Positions 1 through 9,748 of a DNA stretch of 16,007 bases are shown here, piece after piece. Source of the stretch: an uncultured Candidatus Rokubacteria bacterium (GTDB lineage: Bacteria; Methylomirabilota; Methylomirabilia; Rokubacteriales; CSP1-6); NCBI GenBank assembly GCA_963747235.1, contig CAVVEU010000023.1, positions 1 through 16,007 on the forward strand, read 5' to 3'. The notes under the pieces were generated by a model. That model did no database searches, was not told the origin of the DNA, and saw nothing but the letters and a program-made list of their open reading frames with translations. Positions within the stretch are counted from its first letter, which is position 1; every line of letters starts with the position of its first letter. Made by a program: the position numbers and the translations under genes.

Positions 1-39
1 CCGCTCGCCCGCGCTAGGGGCTCGATCCGGCCCGAAGAG

Positions 40-81
40 AACACCCGGGACGCCCTCGCCGACGAGGGCGTCCCGGGTGTT
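40..81 (-). terminator. Intrinsic terminator-like hairpin downstream of the secreted-protein gene
   Basis: Perfect 19-bp inverted repeat AACACCCGGGACGCCCTCG (40-58) / CGAGGGCGTCCCGGGTGTT (63-81) with a 4-nt loop. It lies 7 nt after the TAG at 89-91 and is followed on the minus strand by CTCTTC. Confidence 0.8.
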
Positions 82-88
82 GGATCGA

Positions 89-560
89 CTAGTCGACCTT
101 TATACCGACGCTGGTGGAGGCATTCCCTTCGACCACGGTGCGGATTTCTTTGCCTTGTCGGACCACCACCAGGTGCAGAATCACGGGAGAAAATGGACTC
201 CCGGGGATATTGATCTGCGCTGTCCCGGTGCAATCGGAATTGACGTGATACGGGCCGCTGCCGAACGTCCACTCCTCGGCTGGCGGCTGGCCATTGGCCA
301 CGACGTGGTCCACCTGGCTCAGGTGGCCCTTGCCATCAAAGTGAGTCATGGCTACCCCGCGGAGCGGGAGGGTGACTCCGGGTGCAGCGAGGATTAGACC
401 TTCGATGGCGAATCCGTAATCGCCCTTGAGGGTTTGGTTTGAGCAGGCGCCGTTGTCCGAGCCAGCTTTTGCATAGATGCCCGACATCAGTACACCGCAA
501 CACCACGACCATCACGAGAGCCGCGACCATCGTAATTCGCAAGCCTGACTTCGTGTGCAT
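89..560 (-). CDS. Secreted hypothetical protein (CSNxTLKGxYGF...V.SDCTG type, small beta-rich, probable disulfide); apparent +1 frameshift near 497
   Basis: ATG at 560 with a GGGAG RBS starts a signal-peptide-like MHTKSGLRITMVAALVMVVV. The mature part (GVLMSGIYAKAGSDNGACSNQTLKGDYGF...) is in the neighbouring frame (ORF 89..487), which is closed upstream by TGA at 512-514. Removing one base near 497-498 joins the two. Confidence 0.7.
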
Positions 561-719
561 TGAGGTCTCCCTGTGGACGCGGGCCTTAGCCCATGGAAGG
601 ACATGTCTCGGCATGAGCGATGTGTGGGGGCGCGTAGCAGCGGCGCGACCCTGGCCAAAACTGCGAGAAAAAAGATTGACCTCCTCTTCCGGATAGCGCG
701 TCGAGACAGCGCCTGGGCG

Positions 720-749
720 AGACTAGGCGCCGATACGACAAGGGGTCAA
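720..749 (-). promoter_or_regulatory. Putative sigma70-type promoter for the 89..560 gene
   Basis: Minus strand TTGACC (749-744), 18-nt spacer, TAGTCT (725-720), in the intergenic region. Confidence 0.4.
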
Positions 750-830
750 GCGATCCGTGTGCTTACTGTGTGATTGCTGGCGATACCTACACCGGCCAGG
801 CGAAATTGGCCAGATCACCACGCTCGACCG

Positions 831-2051
831 CTATGTCAGGACGTCGCCGCGCGGGGTGAGCCGCGGCGGCGCCACCACGCGCGGCGGCCGGAACGTCAGC
901 GCGATGGCCACCGCCCCGAGGCCGATCGCGGACGAGCCGATGAACATCCACGCGTAGCTGCCGAGGGTGTCGTACAGGTAGGCGCCGATCCACGGCCCGC
1001 CCGCCATGCCGAGGGTGGCCGCGAGGGACACCGCCCCGAACGCGCTGCCCATGATCCGCTCGCCGAAGTACTCGCGCACGACGATGGCGTAGAGCGGCAT
1101 GACGCCGCCGTAGGCGAAGCCGAACACCAGCGCGAGCGCGTAGAAGCTCCCCAGGCCGCCGGTGAACAGGTAGAGGCTGATCGCGGCCGCCTGCAGCGCG
1201 AGGCCGGCCACGAGCGTTCGCTTCGCCCCGACGCGGTCGGCGAAGATCCCGCAGCCGATCTTCCCGCTGAGCGACGCCAGGCCGGCCACGCTCAGCACCG
1301 TGGCGGCGGCCATCGCGGGCACTCCGCGGTCGATCGCGTGGGTGACCATGTGGAAGATGGGCCCGGAGTGCGCCGCGCAGCACGCGAAGTGGGTGAGCGC
1401 GATGGCGGCGAACTGCGGCGTGCGCACCACCTGCCCGATCGTGAGATCGGGGCCGGCCGCGGCGCCCGGGGCGGCGGCCGCCGTCGACGTCGGCGGGTTG
1501 CGCACGAGGAACGCGACGGGAATGACCACCAGCCACACGAGATCGCCGATGACCCACATCGCGATGCGCCAGTCGTAGCTGGTGATGAGCCAGCGCGAGA
1601 GCGGCGCCATCACCGTCGAGCCGACGCTCAACCCCGCCGAGACGAGGGCGACCGCGAGGCTGCGATGCTCCGTGAACCAGCGCGTCGTGGTCGAGATCAG
1701 CGGCGCGTAGAAGCTCCCGGTGGCCACGCCGACGACCACCCCGTACAGGAGCTGGAACTGGAGGAGCGTGGTCGCCTGGCTCGCCAGGACCATCCCGAGG
1801 CCCAGCAGGCCACCGCCGCACAGGACGACGGCGCGCGTGCCAAACCGGTCGGAGAGCGCGCCCCACATGAACGCGCCGAGGCCCATGCAGAGGAAGTTGA
1901 GCAGCGCGGCCGCCGCGATGCCCGTGCGGGACCACCCCATCGCCGCGGCCATGGGCTGCAGGAAGATGCTGAGCGTGAGCATCGCGCCGAACCCGACGCA
2001 GGTGATGACGATCCCCGCCCCGACGATCACCCAGCCGTAGAAGATCTTCAT
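831..2051 (-). CDS. MFS transporter (OFA/MCT-like, about 12 TM)
   Basis: 406-aa hydrophobic ORF with N-terminal YGWVIV, motif A GALSDRFGTR, a second copy GIFADRVGAKR, and TRWFTEHRSLA. Confidence 0.92.
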   Translation of the reverse strand: MKIFYGWVIVGAGIVITCVGFGAMLTLSIFLQPMAAAMGWSRTGIAAAALLNFLCMGLGAFMWGALSDRFGTRAVVLCGGGLLGLGMVLASQATTLLQFQLLYGVVVGVATGSFYAPLISTTTRWFTEHRSLAVALVSAGLSVGSTVMAPLSRWLITSYDWRIAMWVIGDLVWLVVIPVAFLVRNPPTSTAAAAPGAAAGPDLTIGQVVRTPQFAAIALTHFACCAAHSGPIFHMVTHAIDRGVPAMAAATVLSVAGLASLSGKIGCGIFADRVGAKRTLVAGLALQAAAISLYLFTGGLGSFYALALVFGFAYGGVMPLYAIVVREYFGERIMGSAFGAVSLAATLGMAGGPWIGAYLYDTLGSYAWMFIGSSAIGLGAVAIALTFRPPRVVAPPRLTPRGDVLT

Positions 2052-2055
2052 CGCC

Positions 2056-2418
2056 TCACCCCGCGATGGGCTGCAGGAGCTGGATCATGTTGCCCTCCGG
2101 GTCCTTCAGGGTCGCGATCCGGAGCTGGCCATAGTCCGTCGGACGCTCGACGAACTCCACACCCGCGGCCGCGAGCCGCGTCCAGTCCGCGTCGACGTCG
2201 TCGCTCCCGAGGGCCACCATGTGCCGCGCGGGGTCCAGGTTGCGCCCGTGCACCTCGCTGTGGGTGCCCAGCGCGAGCGTCGGCGCGCCCCGCTCGCCGA
2301 GCACCACGAAGCCCGGCATCTGGATCGCGACCGGCAGGGCCATCAGATCGCGGTAGAACGGCAGCAGCTTGTCCAGGTCCTCGCTCCAGATCGTCGCGCC
2401 GCGCAGGCCCTTGATCAT
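2056..2418 (-). CDS. VOC / glyoxalase-bleomycin resistance family protein
   Basis: 120 aa with FYRDLM, DDVDA..RL.AAGVEF and ATLKDPEGNMIQL motifs; strong GAGGAGG RBS. Confidence 0.9.
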   Translation of the reverse strand: MIKGLRGATIWSEDLDKLLPFYRDLMALPVAIQMPGFVVLGERGAPTLALGTHSEVHGRNLDPARHMVALGSDDVDADWTRLAAAGVEFVERPTDYGQLRIATLKDPEGNMIQLLQPIAG

Positions 2419-2446
2419 CGTCCCCTCCTCCTCGGTGGTGGCTCTG

Positions 2447-5400
2447 CTAGTCAGTCGAACGGGGGGAGGCCAGATCGACAGCCTCGGTGCCCTTTTTCAT
2501 GGGCCGCCGGCGCGACTCCGCGAGCCGCTCGACCGCCACGTAGAACGCCGGCACCAGCAGCACGCCGATCACCGTCACCGCGAGCATCCCGCCCACCACC
2601 GTGGTGCCCATCGAGTTCCGGCTGGCCGCGCCCGCCCCCGTCGCGAACACCAGCGGCAGCGAGCCCAGGATGAAGGCGAAGGACGTCATCAGGATGGGCC
2701 GGAAGCGCAGGCGGGCGGCTTCGCGGGCCGCCTCCTGGATCGGGGCCCCGTGCTCCCGGCGCTCCTTGGCGAACTCCACGATCAGGATGGCGTTCTTGCT
2801 CGCCAGCCCCATGAGGAGCGCGAGGCCGATCTGGGCATACACGTCGTTGGCGAGCCCGCCGAGCCAGAGAGCGCCCAGGGCGCCGAGGACGCCCAGCGGC
2901 ACCGCCAGGAGCACCGCCAGGGGGACGAGCCAGCTCTCGTACTGCGCGGCGAGGACGAGGAACACGAAGAGCGCGGAGAGCGCGAAGACGAATCCCGCCC
3001 GGCTGCCCGCCTCGAGCTCCTGGTAGGCGAGGCCCGTCCACTCATACGACATGCCCGCCGGCATCACACTGCGCGCCACGTCCTGCATGGCCGCGATGGC
3101 CTGACCGGAGCTGGCCCCGGGCGCGGTGTCGCCCGCGATCTCCGCCGTCCGGTACAGGTTGTAGTGGGAGATCGTGTCGGGCCCGGTGATCGGCTTCACC
3201 GTGACGAGCGTGCTCAGCGGCACCATCTGCGCGGGCTGCCCGCTCGTGCCGGGCTGGCTCCGGACATAGAGCCGCGCGACGTCGCTGGGCGAGGCGCGGA
3301 AGCTCGGCTCGGCCTGAAGCTGCACCCGGTACACGCGCCCGAACGCGTTGAAGTCGTTGACGTAGAGCGAGCCCAGGAAGATCTGCAGGCTCGAGAAGAC
3401 GTCCGACAGCGGAATGCCGAGCGCCTTGGCCTTGGCGCGGTCCACCTGCGCGTCGAGCTGCGGCACGCCCGGCCGGAATCCCGTGAAGGTCGCGGCCAGC
3501 TCCGGCCGCTGGCGGGCCGCGTCCATGATCTTGCGCGCGGTCACGTCGAGCTCCTGGAGCGAGCCGCCGGCCACGCTCTGCAGCTCGAACTGAAACCCGC
3601 CGCCCGAGCTGATGCCCCGGATCGGGCGGCGGCGGGAAGACGACGATGGAGGCCTCCTGGATGCTGCCGAGGCGCGCGCGCAGGCGGCCCAGGATCGCGC
3701 CGGCCTGGAGCTCACGCGTCTTCCGCTTCGACCAGGGCGTGAGGCGCGGAAAGAGGGAGGCGACGTTCGGGCCGTTGACGCCGGTGATGAAGCTGCGCCC
3801 GCCGATGGCCACCACGGTCTCGACGCCGGGCGTCTCCAGCAGGATCTTCTCGATCTGACGCACCACCGCGTCGGTGCGCTCGACCGAGGCGGCGTCGGGA
3901 AGCTGGACGTTGACCAGGAGATAGCCCTGGTCCTCGGTGGGCGCGAACCCGGTGGGCACGATGCGGAGCAGGCCGTAACCGGCGGCGCTCAGGAGCAGCA
4001 GCGCTACCACCGCGAGGGCCGATCGCCGGACGATGCGCCGCACGGTCCGATCGTAGCCATTGGTGAGCCGGAGGAAGCCCGCGTCCCAGGTCCGGGCCAG
4101 CCAGCGCTTCCGGGTCGCGCCGGCGGGCCGGAGGAGGAGCGCGCAGAGCGCCGGGGTCAGGGTGAGCGCGTTCAGCGCGGACAGCGCCACCGAGACCGCA
4201 ATGGTCAGCGCGAACTGCCGGTAGAGCTGGCCGGTGATGCCGGGCAGGAAGGCGATGGGGATGAACACCGCCATCAGCACGAGCGCGGTGGCGATGACCG
4301 GGCCCACCACCTCCGCGGTCGCGCGCCGGGCGGCCTCGCGGGCGCCCAGCCCCTCCTCCTCGAGATGCCGCTGGGTGTTCTCCACCACCACGATGGCGTC
4401 GTCCACCACGATCCCGATCGCGAGGACGAGCCCGAAGAGCGTCAGCGTGTTGATCGAGAACCCGAACAGGCTGATCACCGCGAAGGTGCCCACGAGCGAC
4501 ACCGGGATCGTCATGGTCGGGATGAGGGTGGCCCGCCAGTCCTGGAGGAACACGTAGACGGTGAGGACGACGAGGCCGATGGCGATGAGGAGGGTCAGCA
4601 CGACCTCTTCGATCGAGACCCGGACGAACTCGGTCGTGTTGTACGGGCGCGTATGGGTGACGCCGCTCGGAAAGCTGGGCGCGAGCCGGGCCACCGCGGC
4701 CTGCACGCCCTTCGACACGTCGAGGGCATTGGCGCCGGGGAGCTGGAAGATCCCGATGAGCGCCGCCGGCGAGCCGCCGACTCGCCCGAAGGCCCCGTAG
4801 CTCTGGGCGCCCAGCTCCACGCGGGCGACGTCGCGCACGCGGAGCACCGAGCCGTCGGACCGGGTGCGGAGGATGATGTCCTCGAACTCGGCCGGCGTCG
4901 AGAGCCGCCCGCGTGTGGTGACGGTGTACTGGAACTGCTGGCCGGGCAGCGACGGGGGCTGGCCGATCTGCCCGGCGGCGGCCTGCAGGTTCTGCTCCCG
5001 GACCGCATCGGCCACATCGCCCGCGGTGAGCCCGAGCCCGGCGAGCCGGTCGGGGTTCAGCCAGAGCCGCATGCCATAGTCCCGCCCGTTGAACACGGTC
5101 ACCTGCCCCACGCCGGGCACCCGCGCCAGCACGTCCACCACCTGGAGCGTGGCGTAGTTCGCCAGGAAGAGCTCGTCGCGGCTCCCGTCGGGCGAGATCA
5201 AGGCGACGATCTCGACCAGGTCGGGACTCTGCTTGGTGATGGTGAGCCCCTGCCGGGTCACGTCCGCCGGAAGCTTGGCCTGGGCGATGGAGACCCGGTT
5301 CTGCACGTTCACGGCCGCGATGTCGAGGTCCGCGCCGACCTTGAACGTCACGGTGAGCGTCATGGTCCCGTCGCTGCCGCTTCTGGAGGACATGTAGATC

Positions 5401-5627
5401 ATGTCCTCGACGCCGTTGACCTGCTGCTCGATGGGCGTGGCCACCGTCTGCTCCACGACCTCGGCGCTGGCCCCCGGATAGGTGGCGGTCACGACCACCT
5501 GCGGCGGGGTGATCTCGGGGAACATCGCGATCGGCAGGAACGGGATCGCCACCGCGCCGGCCACCACGATGACGATGGCGAGCACGGAGGCGAAGATCGG
5601 GCGGTCGATGAAGAAGTTGACGAACAC
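2447..5627 (-). CDS. RND multidrug efflux permease (HAE1, AcrB/MexF-like); +1 frameshift at about 3624-3626
   Basis: Motifs MFVNFFIDRPIFASV, GLVLAIGIVVDDAIVVVEN, GLASKNAILIVEFAK and RLRFRPILMTSFAF. It is split between ORFs 3042..5627 and 2447..3715. Removing one base from the GGG at 3624-3626 restores VFPPPPIRGISSGGGFQF and a protein of about 1059 aa. Confidence 0.93.
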
Positions 5628-5633
5628 CGGCGG

Positions 5634-6950
5634 TCAGCTTCCGGGCGTTGCCGGGAGCGCCTCCAGGGTCGGCTCCACGCGGATCCCGGACCGGATCTGC
5701 TGGAGGCCCTTGACGACGACGTGCTCGCCGGGCTTCACCCCCTCCTCGACCACCCACAGCGGCCCCACGCGCGGGCCCATCCGGACCGTGCGCGCCTGCA
5801 CCGTCTGGTCCGGGGCCACCACGAAGAGGGATGCCGACCCCTGGCTCTCCTGGATCGCGGCCTGCGGCACGACGAGCGCATCGGGGCGGTCGGCGAGGAG
5901 GATCCGCAGCCGCACGTACTGCCCCGGCTGGAGCATCCGCGCCGGATTCGGGAAGGCGGCGCGCAGGGCGAGGGTCCCGGTGCGGGGATCCACCGCGCGG
6001 TCCACGAAATCGAGCCGGCCGTCGTGGGGGTAGGGGCTGTCGTCGGGCAGCGTCATGGTGATGCCGGAGGAGCCCGGCCGCGCCTGCATCTCCGCGCGGC
6101 GGCGCCCCCACACGGCCAGCGCCTCGCGCTCGCTCACGCTGAAGCTGACGTACATCGGATCGAGCGTGGACACGGTGGCGAGGAGCGTGGCTTCGCCTTT
6201 TCCAACGAAGGCTCCCACCCGGACCTCGGCGCGGCCCATGCGCCCATCCAGCGGCGACTTGACCGACGTGTACCCGAGCTGGAGCCGGGCGGTATCGGCC
6301 GCGGCCTCGTCGGCGCGGATCGAGGCCCGCGCGTTCTCGATGGCCGCCTGGGACGCGGCGAGCGCGGCTCTCGCGTTCTCGAGGGCGGCGCGGTCGGCCT
6401 GCACGGTGGCCTCGAGCGCGGTCATGTTGGTCCGGATCTGGTCGTACTGCTCGCGGGCCACCAGCCCTTGCTGGAGCAGCGTGCGGTAGCGCCCCTCCTG
6501 CGTGACGGCATTCTCGACCTGGGCGAGATCGCGGTCGATATTGGCCTGCGCCTGCCGCACGTCGGCTTCGCGCTGCGTGAGCGCGGCCTCCGCCTGGCGG
6601 AGCTGAGCGGTGTCGCGGGCGACATTGGCCTCGGCCTGGCGGAGGGCGGCCTCGAAGGGGCGCGGATCGATCACGAAGAGCAGATCCCCTGCCTTGACGT
6701 CGGCCCCGTCGGGCGCCACCTGCCGCTCGATGAAGCCCTCGACCCGGGCGCGCACCTCGACGGTCTTCACCGCCTCCGTCTGGCCCACGTACTGGCCGTA
6801 GACCGGGACCGAGCGTTGCGCCACCGCCACCACCGTGACCCCGGGCGGCTTGGGCCCCGCGCTCACCTGGGGCGATCGATCGCAGGCCGCCAGCCCTGGC
6901 AGGACCACGATCAGCGCAACACCGGCGAGCAGACGGACACCAGGCGTCAT
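5634..6950 (-). CDS. RND efflux periplasmic adaptor (MFP) lipoprotein
   Basis: Probable start MTPGVRLLAGVALIVVLPGLAAC (lipobox LAAC). Motifs VEVRARVEG, GDLLFVIDPRPFEA, LGYTSVKSPLDG and VDPRTGT. It ends 6 nt before the permease start. Confidence 0.92.
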   Translation of the reverse strand: MTPGVRLLAGVALIVVLPGLAACDRSPQVSAGPKPPGVTVVAVAQRSVPVYGQYVGQTEAVKTVEVRARVEGFIERQVAPDGADVKAGDLLFVIDPRPFEAALRQAEANVARDTAQLRQAEAALTQREADVRQAQANIDRDLAQVENAVTQEGRYRTLLQQGLVAREQYDQIRTNMTALEATVQADRAALENARAALAASQAAIENARASIRADEAAADTARLQLGYTSVKSPLDGRMGRAEVRVGAFVGKGEATLLATVSTLDPMYVSFSVSEREALAVWGRRRAEMQARPGSSGITMTLPDDSPYPHDGRLDFVDRAVDPRTGTLALRAAFPNPARMLQPGQYVRLRILLADRPDALVVPQAAIQESQGSASLFVVAPDQTVQARTVRMGPRVGPLWVVEEGVKPGEHVVVKGLQQIRSGIRVEPTLEALPATPGS

Positions 6951-7027
6951 GTGCTTTTGATGAGTCCCCCTCGTCAGTGGTTTCCAGTTCGATCGAGCAG
7001 CGACGACCCGGCGCCAACCGCACGGAA

Positions 7028-8402
7028 TCATGGGCTAACGTCTCCCCTCGCGCGCGGATGCAGGACGTCGATCGCCCAGCGCACGTCCAGCCGCTCCCCG
7101 AACCACGGTGCGAGCCCCGTGCGCGCATGAAGCTTGAGGCCCTGCGCGACGTTCTGTGCCCGGATTGCTCCGGCCGGATCGGCGGGCACCGCCGCCGGTA
7201 CCGGTACGTTGGGCAACGGCCGACCATCCGGCCGTCGGAACTGGAGGGTCCCGTCGGGCCCACGCTCGACCTGGTAGCCCTCCTCGTGCACTGCGCGGTG
7301 ATGGCGGCGACAGAGGAGCGCCAGATTCGATAGTTTCGTTGGGCCCCCGTGGGCCCAATGGCGCACGTGATGCCCCTCGGCGATCCGAACAGTGCAGCCC
7401 GGGAAGCGGCAGGTCTTGTCCCGATGCTGCAATGCCCGCCGTAGCGCCGGAGGAATCGTCCGGGTTCGAGCTCCGACTTCCACCACCCGCCCGTCCTCAT
7501 CGTGCCGCATCACCACCCGGCTTGCGTCGCACGCCAGCCGCTGCGACGTTCCCGCGGGAACGTGCGGGCCGCTCTTCCAGCTCCGACTGTCCGGGCTGGG
7601 CCGCATTCGCCAGGACGGCGGCATCCACGTGGACCACCACCTGATAGCGCTCCCCTGTGGCTCCGGGATCGAGCTCGTGATGCAGCGCGGCCTCGGCCAG
7701 CAGGGCCAACGCGTCCGCCTGCTGCTGCGGCCGGGTCGGGGTCTCCGACGCCGGGTCGGTGGCCGGTACGGCGGCCTCGCTGGCGCGGCACCGTTGGTAG
7801 AGCGTTTCGCGGGCGGCGTCCAGGGCCCGCAGGAGTAGTGCGCCCGCCTCCGGCGTCAGCCTCCCACGTAGTACCACGGTGCCGTCCTCATCCTGGTAGA
7901 CGTGCAGGGCGCGGCCCGCGTGCTGCCGCGTGGCCTCACGCGCTTCGGCCTGCTGGTCCAGTCGGCGCCAGCCCCGCACGATGCTCTCCACGTGGACCGC
8001 CGTGCCCGCGCGCCCCACCGCGAGCAGGCGCCCCTCAGTCTCCGGGGTCGCGATGCGGGTCAGGGCGCGCACCTTGGCGTAGGAGAGCTCTCCGCGCGCC
8101 AGCGCCTCCGCCAGGGCCGGCAGCGTCCCGAGGGCGCGGGCTACGCGGACATGCTCGCGGGCGGCGCCGGGGGCGAGTCCGATGCGCCAGGCGAGCCACT
8201 CGGCACAGGAGCGGAAGCCGTTGGCCCAGCCTTCGCGGGCGTCGAACTCGCGGATGAGCGCGAGGAGCCGGGCGGTCGCCGCTTCGAGGTGGGCCGAGAG
8301 CTCGGCGATCTGGTCGCCCAGGCGATCCAGGTCCGCGAGATGCGGCGGCACGGGCTGCGAGGGCTGCAACGGGGCGGGTACTTCCGGTGGGCGTGTCTCC
8401 AT
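7028..8402 (-). CDS. DUF222-domain HNH endonuclease (13E12 repeat-like); +1 frameshift at about 7571-7573
   Basis: N-terminal part: LIREFDAREGW..GFRSCAEWLAWR, GELSYAKVRALTR, ADALALLAE, YQVVVHVD. C-terminal part: RLACDA, RRALQHRDKTCRFPGC, GHHVRHWAHGGPTKLSNLALLCRRHHRAVHE. The two parts are in adjacent frames and join if one base is removed. Confidence 0.88.
7546..7563. repeat. Perfect 18-bp palindrome inside the HNH gene
   Basis: ACGTTCCCGCGGGAACGT equals its own reverse complement and encodes HVPAGT. Confidence 0.85.
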
Positions 8403-8501
8403 GGCGAGTTCCCCACACACACTCAACACACCACGAGGCCCCTGCGAAACTCCGTCAAGCAAAAAATGCGAACGTGCCGGGCCACCGGCCGCAGAAAGAG
8501 C

Positions 8502-8532
8502 ACGGCCGCCCGGGAACCCCCCGGACGGCCGT
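8502..8532 (-). terminator. Terminator-like hairpin downstream of thiolase
   Basis: ACGGCCGCCCGGG (8502-8514) / CCCGGACGGCCGT (8520-8532) form a 13-bp stem with one G-U pair on the minus strand, followed by GCTCTTTCT; about 50 nt after the thiolase stop. Confidence 0.65.
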
Positions 8533-8580
8533 TGAATGTCTCGCGCCAGCCAAGTGCGGGCGCTCAGGCGCAGGCGCCAG

Positions 8581-9726
8581 CTACACGCGCTCGATGATGG
8601 TGGCGATCCCCTGCCCGAAGCCGATGCACATGGTCTGCAGCCCGAAGCGCTTCTTGGTGCGCTCCAGCTCGTGCAGCAGCGTGGTCATCAGCTTGCCGCC
8701 CGAGCAGCCGAGCGGGTGGCCCAGCGCGATCGCGCCGCCGTTGACGTTGACGCGGCTCATGTCGGGGTGCAGCTCGCGCTCCCAGGCCAGGACCACCGCG
8801 GCGAAGGCCTCGTTGATCTCGAACAGGTCGATCTGGTCGAGCTTCATCCCCGCCTTCTTGAGCACCCGCTGGGTGGCCGGGATGGGGCCGGTCAGCATGA
8901 TGGTGGGATCCACGCCGGCCAGCGCGGTGGCCACGATCCGGGCGCGCGGGGTGAGCCCCAGCGCCTTGGCCCGTGTCTCGGACATGATCAGCAGCGCGGC
9001 GGCGCCGTCCGAGATCTGCGAGGAGTTGGCCGCGGTCACCACCCCGTCGGGCTTGAAGGACGGCGCGAGCGCCGCCATCTTCTCCCGGTTCACGGGCACC
9101 CGCACGCCCTCGTCGGTGTCGAACACGCTGCCGTCGGCCAGCGTGAGCGGCGCGATCTCCCGCTTGAAGCGCCCCTCCGCGATGGCCCGCCCCGCCCGCT
9201 CGTGGCTCTGGGCGGCGTACTCGTCGAGCTCCTCGCGCTTGATGCCCCACTGCTCGGCGATCATCTCGGCGGAGAGCCCCTGCGGGATGATGTTGTAGAG
9301 CGCCTGGAGCCGCGGGGAGAGCGGCCCGTCGCCGGGGCCCATGCCGTTCGAGCCCATCGGCACGCGGCTCATGTTCTCCACGCCACCCGCGATCACGCAC
9401 TCGTACTGGCCGGACATCACGCCCATGGCCGCGAAGTTGGCCGCCTGCTGGCCGGAGCCGCACATGCGGTCGAGCGTGGTGCCGCAGACGTCGAGTGGAA
9501 ACCCGGCGATGAGGGCCGCGTTGCGGGCGATGTTGAACCCCTGCTCGCCCACCTGGTCCACGCAGCCCATCACCACGTCCTCGACCTCGCTCGGGTCGAT
9601 CTTCACGCGCGCCACCAGGGCCTTGAGCGTGTCGGCCAGGAGGTCGTCCGGACGATAGCCCGCGAGCTTGCCGTTCTTCCGGCCGACGGCGGTACGGACC
9701 GCGCCGACGATCACCGCGTTCTGCAT
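8581..9726 (-). CDS. Thiolase (acetyl-CoA C-acyltransferase)
   Basis: 381 aa with catalytic motifs DRMCGSG, EINEAF, NVNGGAIALGHPLG and MCIGFGQG; AGGAG RBS. Confidence 0.95.
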   Translation of the reverse strand: MQNAVIVGAVRTAVGRKNGKLAGYRPDDLLADTLKALVARVKIDPSEVEDVVMGCVDQVGEQGFNIARNAALIAGFPLDVCGTTLDRMCGSGQQAANFAAMGVMSGQYECVIAGGVENMSRVPMGSNGMGPGDGPLSPRLQALYNIIPQGLSAEMIAEQWGIKREELDEYAAQSHERAGRAIAEGRFKREIAPLTLADGSVFDTDEGVRVPVNREKMAALAPSFKPDGVVTAANSSQISDGAAALLIMSETRAKALGLTPRARIVATALAGVDPTIMLTGPIPATQRVLKKAGMKLDQIDLFEINEAFAAVVLAWERELHPDMSRVNVNGGAIALGHPLGCSGGKLMTTLLHELERTKKRFGLQTMCIGFGQGIATIIERV

Positions 9727-9748
9727 GGCTATCTCCTAGTCGAAGGGT

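Noticed and set aside
3612-7500. Very long alternative ORFs (3612..7130 +, 1172 aa; 3712..7500 -, 1262 aa) and other antisense ORFs such as 774..2414 and 8536..9780
   Set aside because: They are R/G/P/A-rich shadow frames of real GC-rich genes and have no recognisable motifs.
7005-8500. Target-site duplication around the HNH gene (CCGGCGCCAACCG near 7007 vs CCGGGCCACCG near 8477)
   Set aside because: The match is gapped, short and GC-rich, so it is compatible with chance.
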